Positions 1 to 7,300 of a stretch of 15,041 nucleotides of DNA are shown piece after piece. The notes beneath the pieces were generated by a model. The model was not told where the DNA came from. It saw nothing but the letters and a program-made list of their open reading frames with translations, and did not search any database. A program made the position numbers and the translations under genes. This DNA is from a virus. Lineage: Duplodnaviria; Heunggongvirae; Uroviricota; Caudoviricetes. The stretch lies in the IMG/VR virus record IMGVR_UViG_2579778989_000004, positions 1-15,041 of that record. One strand, given 5' to 3'. The number at the start of each line of letters is the position of its first letter. Position 1 is the stretch's first letter.

Positions 1-672
1 AAACCCTCGCCCGGCGGCGACACTCCATCGGGGCCGTCTGATGGTGACACATCCGTTCGTACAGTCTCCCTGCTGCCGACAGCCGGAGAGGCTGCTGCGC
101 AGGGCTGGACCATCACCGGCGGCAGTGTTGCGCTGGAAGATGGTGTGTTTAAGGTTACCAAGCAGAGCAATAAAACTTGGTCCCTGATGCATCCGGTGGA
201 TGACGCAGTCTCCCTGCTGACACGGGGTGGCAGACTGAGCTGTAAGTTTCGACTGTCAGGCGCACTGACCAACAACCAGTTCGGTCTGGGAATTTATCTG
301 TATACCGATGTAGCGTTACCTGACGTCGTGGCGATGACCGGGACTGGTAACCCGTTCCTGATGTCGTTCTTCACCCAGACCACAGACGGCAAACTGAATC
401 TGATGCATCACAGGAAAGCAGGAAACACAAAGTTGGGCGAGTTCGGGAATTACAGTAACGACTGGCAGACGCTGGAGCTGGTGTTCACCGCCGGCAGTGC
501 CACGGTTACTCCGAAACTGAATGGAGTGGCTGGCCCGGCATTCCAGGTCATAAAAGACAGTCTGACACTGGGGCTGAATGCGCTGACGCTGACGGATATT
601 ACCAAAAATGCAGCGTATGGCGTTGAGATAGAAAGTCTGGTGCTGGAGATAAATGCACCAGCATCATCATAA
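1..672 (+). CDS. Partial CDS, 5' end outside the window (frame 1 is open from base 1; first ATG at 145). C-terminal ~223 residues of an unidentified protein, possibly a carbohydrate-binding domain of a larger enzyme. It sits in the moron position just upstream of the holin.
   Basis: Frame 1 has no stop from position 1 to the TAA at 670-672. The translation is not low-complexity. The first ~40 residues are Gly/Pro/Ser/Asp-rich and linker-like. It is not Q-like. Identity not recognised. Confidence 0.55.
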   Translation, partial: KPSPGGDTPSGPSDGDTSVRTVSLLPTAGEAAAQGWTITGGSVALEDGVFKVTKQSNKTWSLMHPVDDAVSLLTRGGRLSCKFRLSGALTNNQFGLGIYLYTDVALPDVVAMTGTGNPFLMSFFTQTTDGKLNLMHHRKAGNTKLGEFGNYSNDWQTLELVFTAGSATVTPKLNGVAGPAFQVIKDSLTLGLNALTLTDITKNAAYGVEIESLVLEINAPASS

Positions 673-757
673 AAAGTGAGCCAGTCAAATGGAAGGTATC
701 GTTAAACTCACCGGTAGTGTCAGTGGGTCGTCTGAGATGCCTGCATGAGTTATCAGA

Positions 758-788
758 GCCATCAGTACTTAACTGGTGGCTTTTTTTA
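758..788 (+). terminator. Rho-independent terminator-like hairpin between the upstream ORF and the holin gene.
   Basis: GCCATCAG (758-765), loop TACTTAA, CTGGTGGC (773-780) gives an 8-bp stem with one G-U pair, followed by TTTTTTT (781-787). Confidence 0.5.
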
Positions 789-822
789 TTGTTGTCAGCT
801 TCCGGATAACGGGAGACGGGGT

Positions 823-1038
823 ATGTACCAGATGGAAAAAATCACAACAGGTGTGTCATACACCACGTCAGCGGTGGGAACGGGCTACTGGTTCCTGCAG
901 TTGCTGGACAGGGTTTCCCCGTCTCAGTGGGCGGCAATAGGCGTGCTGGGGAGTCTGCTGTTTGGGCTGCTGACATATCTGACGAACCTGTATTTCAAAA
1001 TCAGAGAGGACCGTCGTAAGGCTGCACGGGGAGAGTAA
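823..1038 (+). CDS. S: Class II holin (pinholin) of the phage 21 S21 / E. coli EssD-EssQ family, 71 aa.
   Basis: The translation [71 protein letters not shown] matches the S21/EssD pinholin family from memory, with two TM segments and a charged C-terminus. GGAG-like RBS at 811-815. The longer track ORF from 745 is rejected as an upstream extension. Confidence 0.9.
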   Translation: MYQMEKITTGVSYTTSAVGTGYWFLQLLDRVSPSQWAAIGVLGSLLFGLLTYLTNLYFKIREDRRKAARGE

Positions 1039-1042
1039 TTCA

Positions 1043-1357
1043 ATGACTCAAAACTATGAACTGATTGTGAAAGGGATCCGCAATTTTGAGAATAAAGTTA
1101 CGGTAACTTTAGCGTTACGGGACAAAAAACGCTTTGACGGTGAAATTTTTGACCTGGACATCTCGCTGGACCGTGTTGAAGGTGCCGCGCTGGAGTTTTA
1201 TGAGGCAGCAGCCAGAAGGAGCATCAGACAGGTCTTCATGGATGTTGCTGCCGGGTTATGTGAAGGGGACGAGCTGTTGCCAGAAACGCGCCCCTGTTCA
1301 GAGGCGCGGTATACCATAAAAATTAACAGTTCTGATAACTCGATTACGGGTTGTTAG
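1043..1357 (+). CDS. ydfR: Small protein of unknown function (104 aa) between holin and endolysin. Resembles YdfR (DUF1327) of the E. coli Qin prophage lysis region.
   Basis: Complete ORF with ATG 4 nt after the holin stop. The N-terminus MTQNYELIVKGIRNFENKVTVT...FDGEIFDLD...VEGAALEFYEAAARRS matches my recollection of YdfR. The holin, ydfR, lysozyme order is that of Qin. Confidence 0.6.
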   Translation: MTQNYELIVKGIRNFENKVTVTLALRDKKRFDGEIFDLDISLDRVEGAALEFYEAAARRSIRQVFMDVAAGLCEGDELLPETRPCSEARYTIKINSSDNSITGC

Positions 1358-1412
1358 CTTTTTGCAGTTGGCTTTCCAGTATCTTTCATTGGTAGCATCC
1401 TGATAAATATCC

Positions 1413-1946
1413 ATGAGCGCAAAAATCAAATACGGCCTGTCAGCTGCTGTTCTGGCGCTGATTGCTGCAGGCGCGTCTGCTCCTCAAATACTTGACCAGT
1501 TTCTGGATGAAAAAGAGGGTAACCACACTACGGCATACCGCGATGGTTCCGGTATATGGACCATCTGTCGTGGTGCCACAATGGTGGATGGTAAGCCCGT
1601 CATACCGGGAATGAAGCTGTCGAAGGAAAAATGCGACCAGGTTAACGCTATTGAACGTGATAAGGCGCTGGCATGGGTGGAGCGCAATATTAAAGTACCA
1701 CTGACCGAACCACAGAAAGCGGGTATAGCGTCATTCTGTCCCTATAACATTGGCCCCGGTAAGTGTTTCCCGTCGACGTTTTATAAGCGGCTGAATGCCG
1801 GTGATCGTAAGGGCGCATGCGAGGCGATTCGCTGGTGGATAAAAGATGGTGGGCGCGATTGCCGCATACGTTCAAATAACTGCTATGGACAGGTTATTCG
1901 TCGTGACCAGGAAAGCGCATTAGCCTGTTGGGGGATAGATCAGTGA
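1413..1946 (+). CDS. R: SAR endolysin, a GH24 lysozyme (phage 21 R21 / RrrD-RrrQ type), 177 aa.
   Basis: N-terminal weakly hydrophobic Gly/Ala-rich segment ([15 protein letters not shown]) typical of a signal-anchor-release domain. The E...D...T catalytic pattern ([16 protein letters not shown]) and C-terminal CWG motif match T4-lysozyme-like SAR endolysins. Follows a pinholin. Confidence 0.9.
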   Translation: MSAKIKYGLSAAVLALIAAGASAPQILDQFLDEKEGNHTTAYRDGSGIWTICRGATMVDGKPVIPGMKLSKEKCDQVNAIERDKALAWVERNIKVPLTEPQKAGIASFCPYNIGPGKCFPSTFYKRLNAGDRKGACEAIRWWIKDGGRDCRIRSNNCYGQVIRRDQESALACWGIDQ

Positions 1947-2401
1947 GCAGAGTCGCAGCGATTATTTATACTCTGGTTATCTGCACCATCGTCTGCCTGT
2001 CATGGGCTGTTAATCATTACCGCGATAACGCCATTACCTACAAAGCCCAGCGCGACAAAAATGCCAGAGAACTGAAGCTGGCGAACGTGGTAATTACTGA
2101 CATGCAGATGCGTCAGCGTGATGTAGCAGATCTCGACGCCAGATACACAAAGGAGCTTGCTGATGCTAACGCGACTATCGAAAGTCTTCGTGCTGATGTT
2201 TCTGCTGGGCGTAAGCGCCTGCAAGTCGCCGCCACCTGTGCAAAGTCAACGACCGGAGCCAGCAGCATGGGCGATGGAGAAAGCCCAAGACTTACAGCAG
2301 ATGCTGAACTCAATTATTACCGTCTCCGAAGTGGAATCGACAAGATAACCGCTCAGGTCAACTACCTGCAGGAGTACATCAGGACGCAGTGCTTAAAATA
2401 A
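1943..2401 (+). CDS. Rz: Rz inner-membrane spanin (i-spanin). The start is GTG at 1943, overlapping the endolysin TGA stop.
   Basis: The translation [62 protein letters not shown]... is near-identical to lambda Rz as I recall it. The GTG start is chosen over the track's TTG at 1928 by alignment to the lambda Rz N-terminus. Confidence 0.85.
   Translation: MSRVAAIIYTLVICTIVCLSWAVNHYRDNAITYKAQRDKNARELKLANVVITDMQMRQRDVADLDARYTKELADANATIESLRADVSAGRKRLQVAATCAKSTTGASSMGDGESPRLTADAELNYYRLRSGIDKITAQVNYLQEYIRTQCLK
2157..2348 (+). CDS. Rz1: Rz1 outer-membrane lipoprotein spanin (o-spanin), embedded in the +1 frame of Rz.
   Basis: 63-aa ORF lying wholly within Rz in a different frame. Signal peptide with lipobox LLGVSAC followed by a proline-rich segment ([13 protein letters not shown]), as in lambda Rz1. 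Confidence 0.75.
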   Translation: MLMLTRLSKVFVLMFLLGVSACKSPPPVQSQRPEPAAWAMEKAQDLQQMLNSIITVSEVESTR

Positions 2402-2438
2402 TTTTAATTTCACTGAAATTTAATACGTGACTTTCAGG

Positions 2439-2469
2439 AAAATGCCTCGCAGATGCGGGGCATTTTTGT
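2439..2469. terminator. Strong intrinsic terminator after the lysis cassette, potentially bidirectional.
   Basis: AAAATGCCTCGC, loop AGAT, GCGGGGCATTTTTGT: a ~12-bp GC-rich stem with one G-U pair, an A-tract upstream and a T-tract downstream. Confidence 0.55.
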
Positions 2470-2760
2470 ACAGGTATTTCACCGCGCACCGCAGCGCACT
2501 CAACCACGTCGAACCAAACCCTTTGGAATGAGCCTTTGAGTAGTCAGTTAGTGCTGGTGAGCCTTGACGGGCTGATCTCCTATGCAGCAAAGGTTCATCT
2601 CAAAGTAAGACGAACGCTATGACAAACCAAGATTCTATAGACCTATCTGATCTTCGTGGAATGGTCAGTTTTCCAGACAAAAGGTAATCACCATAGTCGT
2701 ATGGCTATGAATCTTGTTGCTGCAGATAAGCATTTTGTGATTGAAGTGGTCAAATCTCTC

Positions 2761-2789
2761 AAATGCAGTAAAATGCAGTGCGCTATAAT
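2761..2789 (+). promoter_or_regulatory. Putative sigma70 promoter for the 206-aa gene, with a tandem 10-bp repeat in the -35/spacer region.
   Basis: Consensus -10 TATAAT at 2784-2789, 28 nt upstream of a strong AAGGAG SD (2807-2812) and the ATG at 2818. AAATGCAGTA and AAATGCAGTG are direct tandem repeats at 2761-2780. No convincing -35 hexamer was found. Confidence 0.35.
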
Positions 2790-2817
2790 TCAATAACGGA
2801 GGGAGTAAGGAGAAGTC

Positions 2818-3438
2818 ATGAAAGATCAAGATGTTAGGTTCGCGGTGCATCATAAGCTTTTGAAAGAATCGCATTTAGATCCAGACTGCCTTGTGGTCGA
2901 TGAATTTTCCATATCCCTTGGCGCCAGTAGAGCAGACATTGCTGTAATAAATGGTGTTATACACGGGTACGAGCTCAAAAGTGAATATGACTCTTTGGAG
3001 CGTTTGCCTCTTCAAATCAAGCATTATTCTTCTGTAATGGACAAGGTTACTCTTGTCGTAGCTGAGAAACACCTTGAGGGAGCATTAAAGTTAATCCCAG
3101 GTTGGTGGGGCGTTAAAACGGTTTCTGTTGGGCCAAAAGGCGCCATTCTTATAAAGCACATGCGTGGAGAAAAGCTTAATCGAAACCATGACACATTGAT
3201 GCTCGCTCAATTGCTTTGGAAAGATGAATGTATCGACGTACTTGAACGATGGGGCTATTCCAAAGGAATCAAAAGCAAGCCCCGATTTGAGTTATGGAAT
3301 ATTATTGCGGAAAATATTCCAATAGCGAATCTCAGGCCTGAAGTCAGAACAGCCTTAAAGAAACGCGTAGGCTGGAAAGTTAAGGCTTGGCAGGCTGAGT
3401 CTGCGCCAACCAATAAAGCTGTCTCACGACTAACGTAA
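2818..3438 (+). CDS. Hypothetical protein (206 aa) with an N-terminal PD-(D/E)xK-like nuclease motif. AT-rich accessory gene.
   Basis: Complete ORF with SD AAGGAG at 5-nt spacing. Residues D28-E29, D40 (RADIAVING) and E52-L-K54 (HGYELKSE) fit the hhhD-x(n)-hhExK pattern on predicted beta strands. GC content is visibly lower than in the flanking phage genes. Confidence 0.7.
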   Translation: MKDQDVRFAVHHKLLKESHLDPDCLVVDEFSISLGASRADIAVINGVIHGYELKSEYDSLERLPLQIKHYSSVMDKVTLVVAEKHLEGALKLIPGWWGVKTVSVGPKGAILIKHMRGEKLNRNHDTLMLAQLLWKDECIDVLERWGYSKGIKSKPRFELWNIIAENIPIANLRPEVRTALKKRVGWKVKAWQAESAPTNKAVSRLT

Positions 3439-4447
3439 TATGGTGCGTATGTGCAACTTTACGCCATTCTTTAGAGCCGCCAGATTTGTTAGCGCCTAAT
3501 GATCTTTGGTAAATGTAATCATCCCCCCAACTAAATTTGGAGCCAAAGACTTGATACTCTGGCGAACTAACAAGGGTAGTACATAAGTTTTTAGTTTGGC
3601 CCCATCCATTTCCTTTAACTGCGGTACCTTTTACAAAGATCCATGAGGTATCGTTCGAATATCTCACTGAGACATACTGAGACATGAAGCGTGGGTCTAC
3701 GCTCGTAATGGTAGAGCTAGCGGTGGGATAATCACTAAAACTTGGCGTTCTTCCATTGCTAAAATTCTGTACTACGTACATCCAAAGATCGTATTCATGG
3801 CGCGGAATATGATGAACTTGATGTTGCGGTATCCCTGCCTGTGATGCCGGGTATGCGGTTGAAGATAAAATCAAGTTTCTCCACGGAGCTTGGCCTGATA
3901 ATGTGTTGACCATGCTTAATGCTTGTTGTTTTAAACTATCAGTTGCGTTTTGAATATCTCCAAAATCAATGATTACATCAATTAAACTAGGATGAATATT
4001 TAAGTGGTTAACCAGACTTGTGAATTGGTGCCATGTCTGGGGGGTGATAGACATAGCGAGCCCATTGATTAAGTTGCGTTGAACAGCATGTATATAGTTT
4101 GTTGAATATGCGGGAGAAACAACAGGGATAATTTCCTTACCATTTACTCTAGCATCTTGGATACACATATCTAGAGGATGATGGCGGCTCGAACCATGTT
4201 TATCTAAATATTTAACATCCAGCAAAACAGGACGATTGGCTTTCCAGGATGCCGCAAGGTTAATACCGAAGTCAGATAAGTAAGAACTCAAACTCTTCTT
4301 GTAGCATTCGTTTTCATAATCCCAGTCTATGTCTGGAATGGTAATGATCGGAGTAAAACCAGAGAGCGTAGTTTGATCTAAAAGCATCAGAGATTCATAT
4401 TCAGCAGGCTTCCATTTCAGCTGTGGATAATATTGATGTTGACTCAT
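3380..4447 (-). CDS. Hypothetical protein (355 aa), family not recognised. Convergent with the 206-aa gene and overlapping its 3' end by ~59 bp.
   Basis: Long minus-strand ORF in AT-rich DNA, where spurious long ORFs are unlikely. ATG at 4447-4445 with SD AAGGAG (complement of 4453-4458) at 5-nt spacing. No Walker A or other motif I can assign. Confidence 0.7.
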   Translation of the reverse strand: MSQHQYYPQLKWKPAEYESLMLLDQTTLSGFTPIITIPDIDWDYENECYKKSLSSYLSDFGINLAASWKANRPVLLDVKYLDKHGSSRHHPLDMCIQDARVNGKEIIPVVSPAYSTNYIHAVQRNLINGLAMSITPQTWHQFTSLVNHLNIHPSLIDVIIDFGDIQNATDSLKQQALSMVNTLSGQAPWRNLILSSTAYPASQAGIPQHQVHHIPRHEYDLWMYVVQNFSNGRTPSFSDYPTASSTITSVDPRFMSQYVSVRYSNDTSWIFVKGTAVKGNGWGQTKNLCTTLVSSPEYQVFGSKFSWGDDYIYQRSLGANKSGGSKEWRKVAHTHHITLVVRQLYWLAQTQPAKP

Positions 4448-4639
4448 TAAAACTCCTTAAAATCTTTACTTATCCTAAGTATAGTGTTATGGCGTAACGC
4501 CAATTGTTTTTATACACTTGAAAACATTGGGAAAAGTTGAGCTATATCTAAATTTACAAAATTGGATGTTATAGAAATCGAGGTTTCAACTAGGCATGGA
4601 ACTGCAAAATTTTTAATGCCTGCACGCGAAAGTCGTTGG

Positions 4640-4850
4640 CGGGTCCTTTCCGGTGATCCAGATCGTTACGGGGCGGCGACCTCGCGGGTTTTCGCTATTT
4701 ATGAAAATTTTTAGGGAAAAATCAGATCCGTTCTTCTTCTTTTTAACTGATTGATTATCAATAGAATTTTAAAAATATAAAAGGATCTGACAAAGGCTGT
4801 TTTTGTTAGAAAACGCCATTTTCAGATCCTTTCTGGTTCCCGGGGGAGTG
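4640..4850. other. cos: cos site (cosQ, cosN, cosB) of a lambda-type packaging system. The 12-nt cohesive-end sequence GGGCGGCGACCT is at 4671-4682.
   Basis: GTCGTTGGCGGGTCCTTTCCGGTGATCC...GTTACGGGGCGGCGACCTCGCGGGTTTTCGCTATTTATGAAAATTTT matches the lambda right-end/left-end junction as I recall it. It lies immediately upstream of a Nu1 homologue. Downstream cosB-like repeats are described in findings. Confidence 0.85.
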
Positions 4851-4851
4851 T

Positions 4852-5400
4852 ATGAACGTCAATAAGAAAAAACTGGCCGATATTTTTGGCGTTGATGTCA
4901 GGACCATCACCGCCTGGCAGAGTCAGGGGTTACCACTAGTTTCTGGTGGAGGGAAAGGGACTGAATCAGTTTTTGATACAACTGCTGCCATTCAGTGGTA
5001 TGCGCAGAGGGAAGCTGATATTGAAAACGAAAAACTCCGTAAAGAGATCGAGGATTTGAGGGCTGCCAGCGAATCAGACCTTCAGCCCGGCACCATTGAT
5101 TACGAACGTTACCGACTGACGAAGGCACAGGCCGATGCACAGGAGCTGAAAAATGCTCGTGAGGAAGGCCTTGTCCTCGAGACGGAGTTATTTACCTACA
5201 TCTTTCAGCGAGTGGCACAGAATATATCAGGGATCCTTGTCCGTGTCCCTCAGACACTGCAGCGTAAATACCCTGATATATCACCCGTACATCTTGATGC
5301 TGTGAAAACTGAAATCGCGAAAGCATCCGATGTGGCTTCTGAAGCCGGTGAGAATGTGCGCAGGTGGATTGATGATTTCAGACGAACTGAGGGCGGCTAA
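4852..5400 (+). CDS. nu1: Terminase small subunit (lambda gpNu1 homologue), 182 aa.
   Basis: [29 protein letters not shown]...[58 protein letters not shown] is closely similar to lambda Nu1 (N-terminal winged-HTH region) from memory. Confidence 0.95.
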   Translation: MNVNKKKLADIFGVDVRTITAWQSQGLPLVSGGGKGTESVFDTTAAIQWYAQREADIENEKLRKEIEDLRAASESDLQPGTIDYERYRLTKAQADAQELKNAREEGLVLETELFTYIFQRVAQNISGILVRVPQTLQRKYPDISPVHLDAVKTEIAKASDVASEAGENVRRWIDDFRRTEGG

Positions 5401-7300
5401 TTCTGCAGGAGCGATAGCAACCGGCCTCCTTGCGCTAAAAATTCCTGTCCCTCTGACGACAGTTCAGTGGGCAGATCGACATTATTACCTTCCGAAAGAG
5501 TCATCTTACACCCCGGGGCGGTGGGAAACACTGCCGTTTCAGGTTGCCATCATGAACAGCATGGGGAATGACCGGATCCGCACTGTTAATCTGATTAAAT
5601 CTGCCCGTGTTGGTTATACAAAGATGTTGCTGGGAGTGGAGGCTTATTTTATTGAGCATAAATCACGCAACAGCCTTCTTTTCCAGCCCACGGATTCTGC
5701 TGCTGAAGATTTTATGAAATCTCATGTGGAACCCACGATCAGGGATGTGCCGGTTTTACTCGATCTTGCACCGTGGTTTGGGCGTAAACATCGTGATAAT
5801 ACCCTCACGCTGAAACGTTTTTCATCGGGCGTGGGCTTCTGGTGCCTGGGCGGGGCTGCCGCTAAAAACTACCGTGAAAAATCCGTGGACGTGGTCTGCT
5901 ATGACGAACTTTCCTCGTTCGAACCGGATGTCGAAAAAGAGGGTTCGCCAACCCTGCTTGGGGATAAACGTATTGAGGGCTCTGTATGGCCCAAATCCAT
6001 TCGCGGCTCGACGCCTAAAATCAAAGGCACCTGCCAGATCGAAAAAGCGGCCAACGAGTCGGCGCATTTCATGCGTTTTTATGTGCCCTGCCCACACTGT
6101 GGGGAGGAGCAGTATCTGAAATTTGGCGATGAATCCACGCCTTTTGGCCTTAAATGGGAGAAGGACAGCCCCGAAAGCGTTTTCTACCTCTGTGAACATC
6201 ATGGCTGCGTGATCCATCAGTCTGAGCTTGACCAGAGCAACGGGCGGTGGATCTGTGAAAACACGGGGATGTGGACCCGTGACGGTCTGACGTTTTTCAG
6301 CGCCGCGGATAATGAAATTCCGCCGCCGCGCTCCATCACGTTCCATATCTGGACGGCGTACAGTCCGTTCACCACCTGGGTACAGATAGTCTATGACTGG
6401 CTGGATGCACTGAAAGATCCCAACGGCCTGAAAACCTTTGTGAACACCACGCTGGGCGAGACCTGGGAAGAGGCCGTGGGCGAAAAACTCGATCACCAGG
6501 TACTGATGGATAAGGTTGTTCATTACACGGCGGCGGTGCCTGCCCGGGTGGTTTATCTGACGGCGGGCATTGACTCGCAGCGAAACCGTTTTGAGATGTA
6601 TGTCTGGGGATGGGCTCCGGGAGAGGAAGCCTTTCTGGTGGATAAAATCATCATTATGGGACGTCCCGATGAGGAAGAGACGCTGTTACGTGTGGATGCG
6701 GCGATCAACAAAAAATACCGCCATGCGGATGGCACCGAAATGACCATTTCCCGTGTCTGCTGGGACACCGGGGGGATCGATGGTGAAATCGTCTACCAGA
6801 GGTCAAAAAAACACGGTGTTTTCCGTGTGCTGCCGGTAAAAGGCGCATCTGTCTATGGCAAGCCGGTGATCACCATGCCGAAAACCCGCAATCAGCGGGG
6901 CGTGTATCTGTGTGAAGTGGGGACGGACACCGCAAAAGAAATTCTCTATGCCCGTATGAAAGCCGATCCCACGTCTGCGGATGAAGCCACGTCGTATGCC
7001 ATCCGTTTTCCTGATGATCCGGAGATTTTTTCGCAGACAGAGGCGCAGCAACTGGTCGCGGAAGAGCTTGTGGAGAAGTGGGAAAAAGGAAAGATGCGTC
7101 TGCTGTGGGATAACAAAAAGCGGCGTAACGAAGCGCTGGACTGCCTGGTGTATGCCTATGCGGCATTACGTGTGTCCGTGCAACGCTGGCAGCTTGATCT
7201 GGCTGTACTGGCAAAATCCCGGGAAGAAGAGACGACCCGGCCAACCCTTAAAGAACTGGCAGCGAAGCTGTCCGGAGGAGTGAATGGTTACAGTCGCTGA
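5372..7300 (+). CDS. A: Terminase large subunit (lambda gpA homologue), ~642 aa.
   Basis: Strong similarity to lambda gpA throughout (e.g. [60 protein letters not shown]). The ATG at 5372 is preceded by AGGTGGA and gives an N-terminal length matching lambda A. The track's longer start at 5330 lies inside Nu1. Confidence 0.95.
   Translation: MISDELRAANSAGAIATGLLALKIPVPLTTVQWADRHYYLPKESSYTPGRWETLPFQVAIMNSMGNDRIRTVNLIKSARVGYTKMLLGVEAYFIEHKSRNSLLFQPTDSAAEDFMKSHVEPTIRDVPVLLDLAPWFGRKHRDNTLTLKRFSSGVGFWCLGGAAAKNYREKSVDVVCYDELSSFEPDVEKEGSPTLLGDKRIEGSVWPKSIRGSTPKIKGTCQIEKAANESAHFMRFYVPCPHCGEEQYLKFGDESTPFGLKWEKDSPESVFYLCEHHGCVIHQSELDQSNGRWICENTGMWTRDGLTFFSAADNEIPPPRSITFHIWTAYSPFTTWVQIVYDWLDALKDPNGLKTFVNTTLGETWEEAVGEKLDHQVLMDKVVHYTAAVPARVVYLTAGIDSQRNRFEMYVWGWAPGEEAFLVDKIIIMGRPDEEETLLRVDAAINKKYRHADGTEMTISRVCWDTGGIDGEIVYQRSKKHGVFRVLPVKGASVYGKPVITMPKTRNQRGVYLCEVGTDTAKEILYARMKADPTSADEATSYAIRFPDDPEIFSQTEAQQLVAEELVEKWEKGKMRLLWDNKKRRNEALDCLVYAYAALRVSVQRWQLDLAVLAKSREEETTRPTLKELAAKLSGGVNGYSR

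Noticed and set aside
745-822. N-terminal extension of the holin ORF (track start at 745).
   Set aside because: The pinholin aligns from MYQMEK (ATG 823), which has a GGAG RBS. The upstream extension contains the terminator hairpin and a poly-T tract read as FFYCC, and has no counterpart in S21/EssD.
1134-1319. 61-aa alternative-frame ORF inside the YdfR-like gene.
   Set aside because: Fully nested in another frame of a gene with a plausible conserved product, with no RBS or recognisable features.
1928-1942. TTG start for Rz at 1928.
   Set aside because: The GTG at 1943 aligns with the lambda Rz N-terminus and overlaps the endolysin stop (GTGA), the usual coupled arrangement.
2665-2874. 69-aa minus-strand ORF downstream of Rz, considered as a possible bor homologue.
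   Set aside because: No signal peptide or lipobox and no similarity to Bor as I recall it. It overlaps the promoter and 5' end of the well-supported 206-aa gene.
3380-4447. Possible Walker A / P-loop in the 355-aa protein (GNGWGQTK, GANKSGGSK).
   Set aside because: Neither stretch fits GxxxxGK[ST] and no Walker B-like hhhhDE follows. Not reported as an ATPase.
5330-5371. Longer start for terminase large subunit A at 5330.
   Set aside because: The ATG at 5372 has a good RBS and gives the same N-terminal length as lambda gpA. The 5330 start would add 14 residues translated from inside Nu1, with no homology support.
5822-6523. 233-aa minus-strand ORF inside terminase large subunit A; similar antisense ORFs at 6803-7244, 7625-8175, 9084-9785, 9869-10214, 10590-11210, 11691-12383 and 14042-14899.
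   Set aside because: All lie antisense to strongly conserved, clearly identified phage or transposase genes in GC-rich DNA, where long stop-free antisense frames arise by chance. Their translations are Arg/Pro/His-rich low-complexity strings with no recognisable motif.
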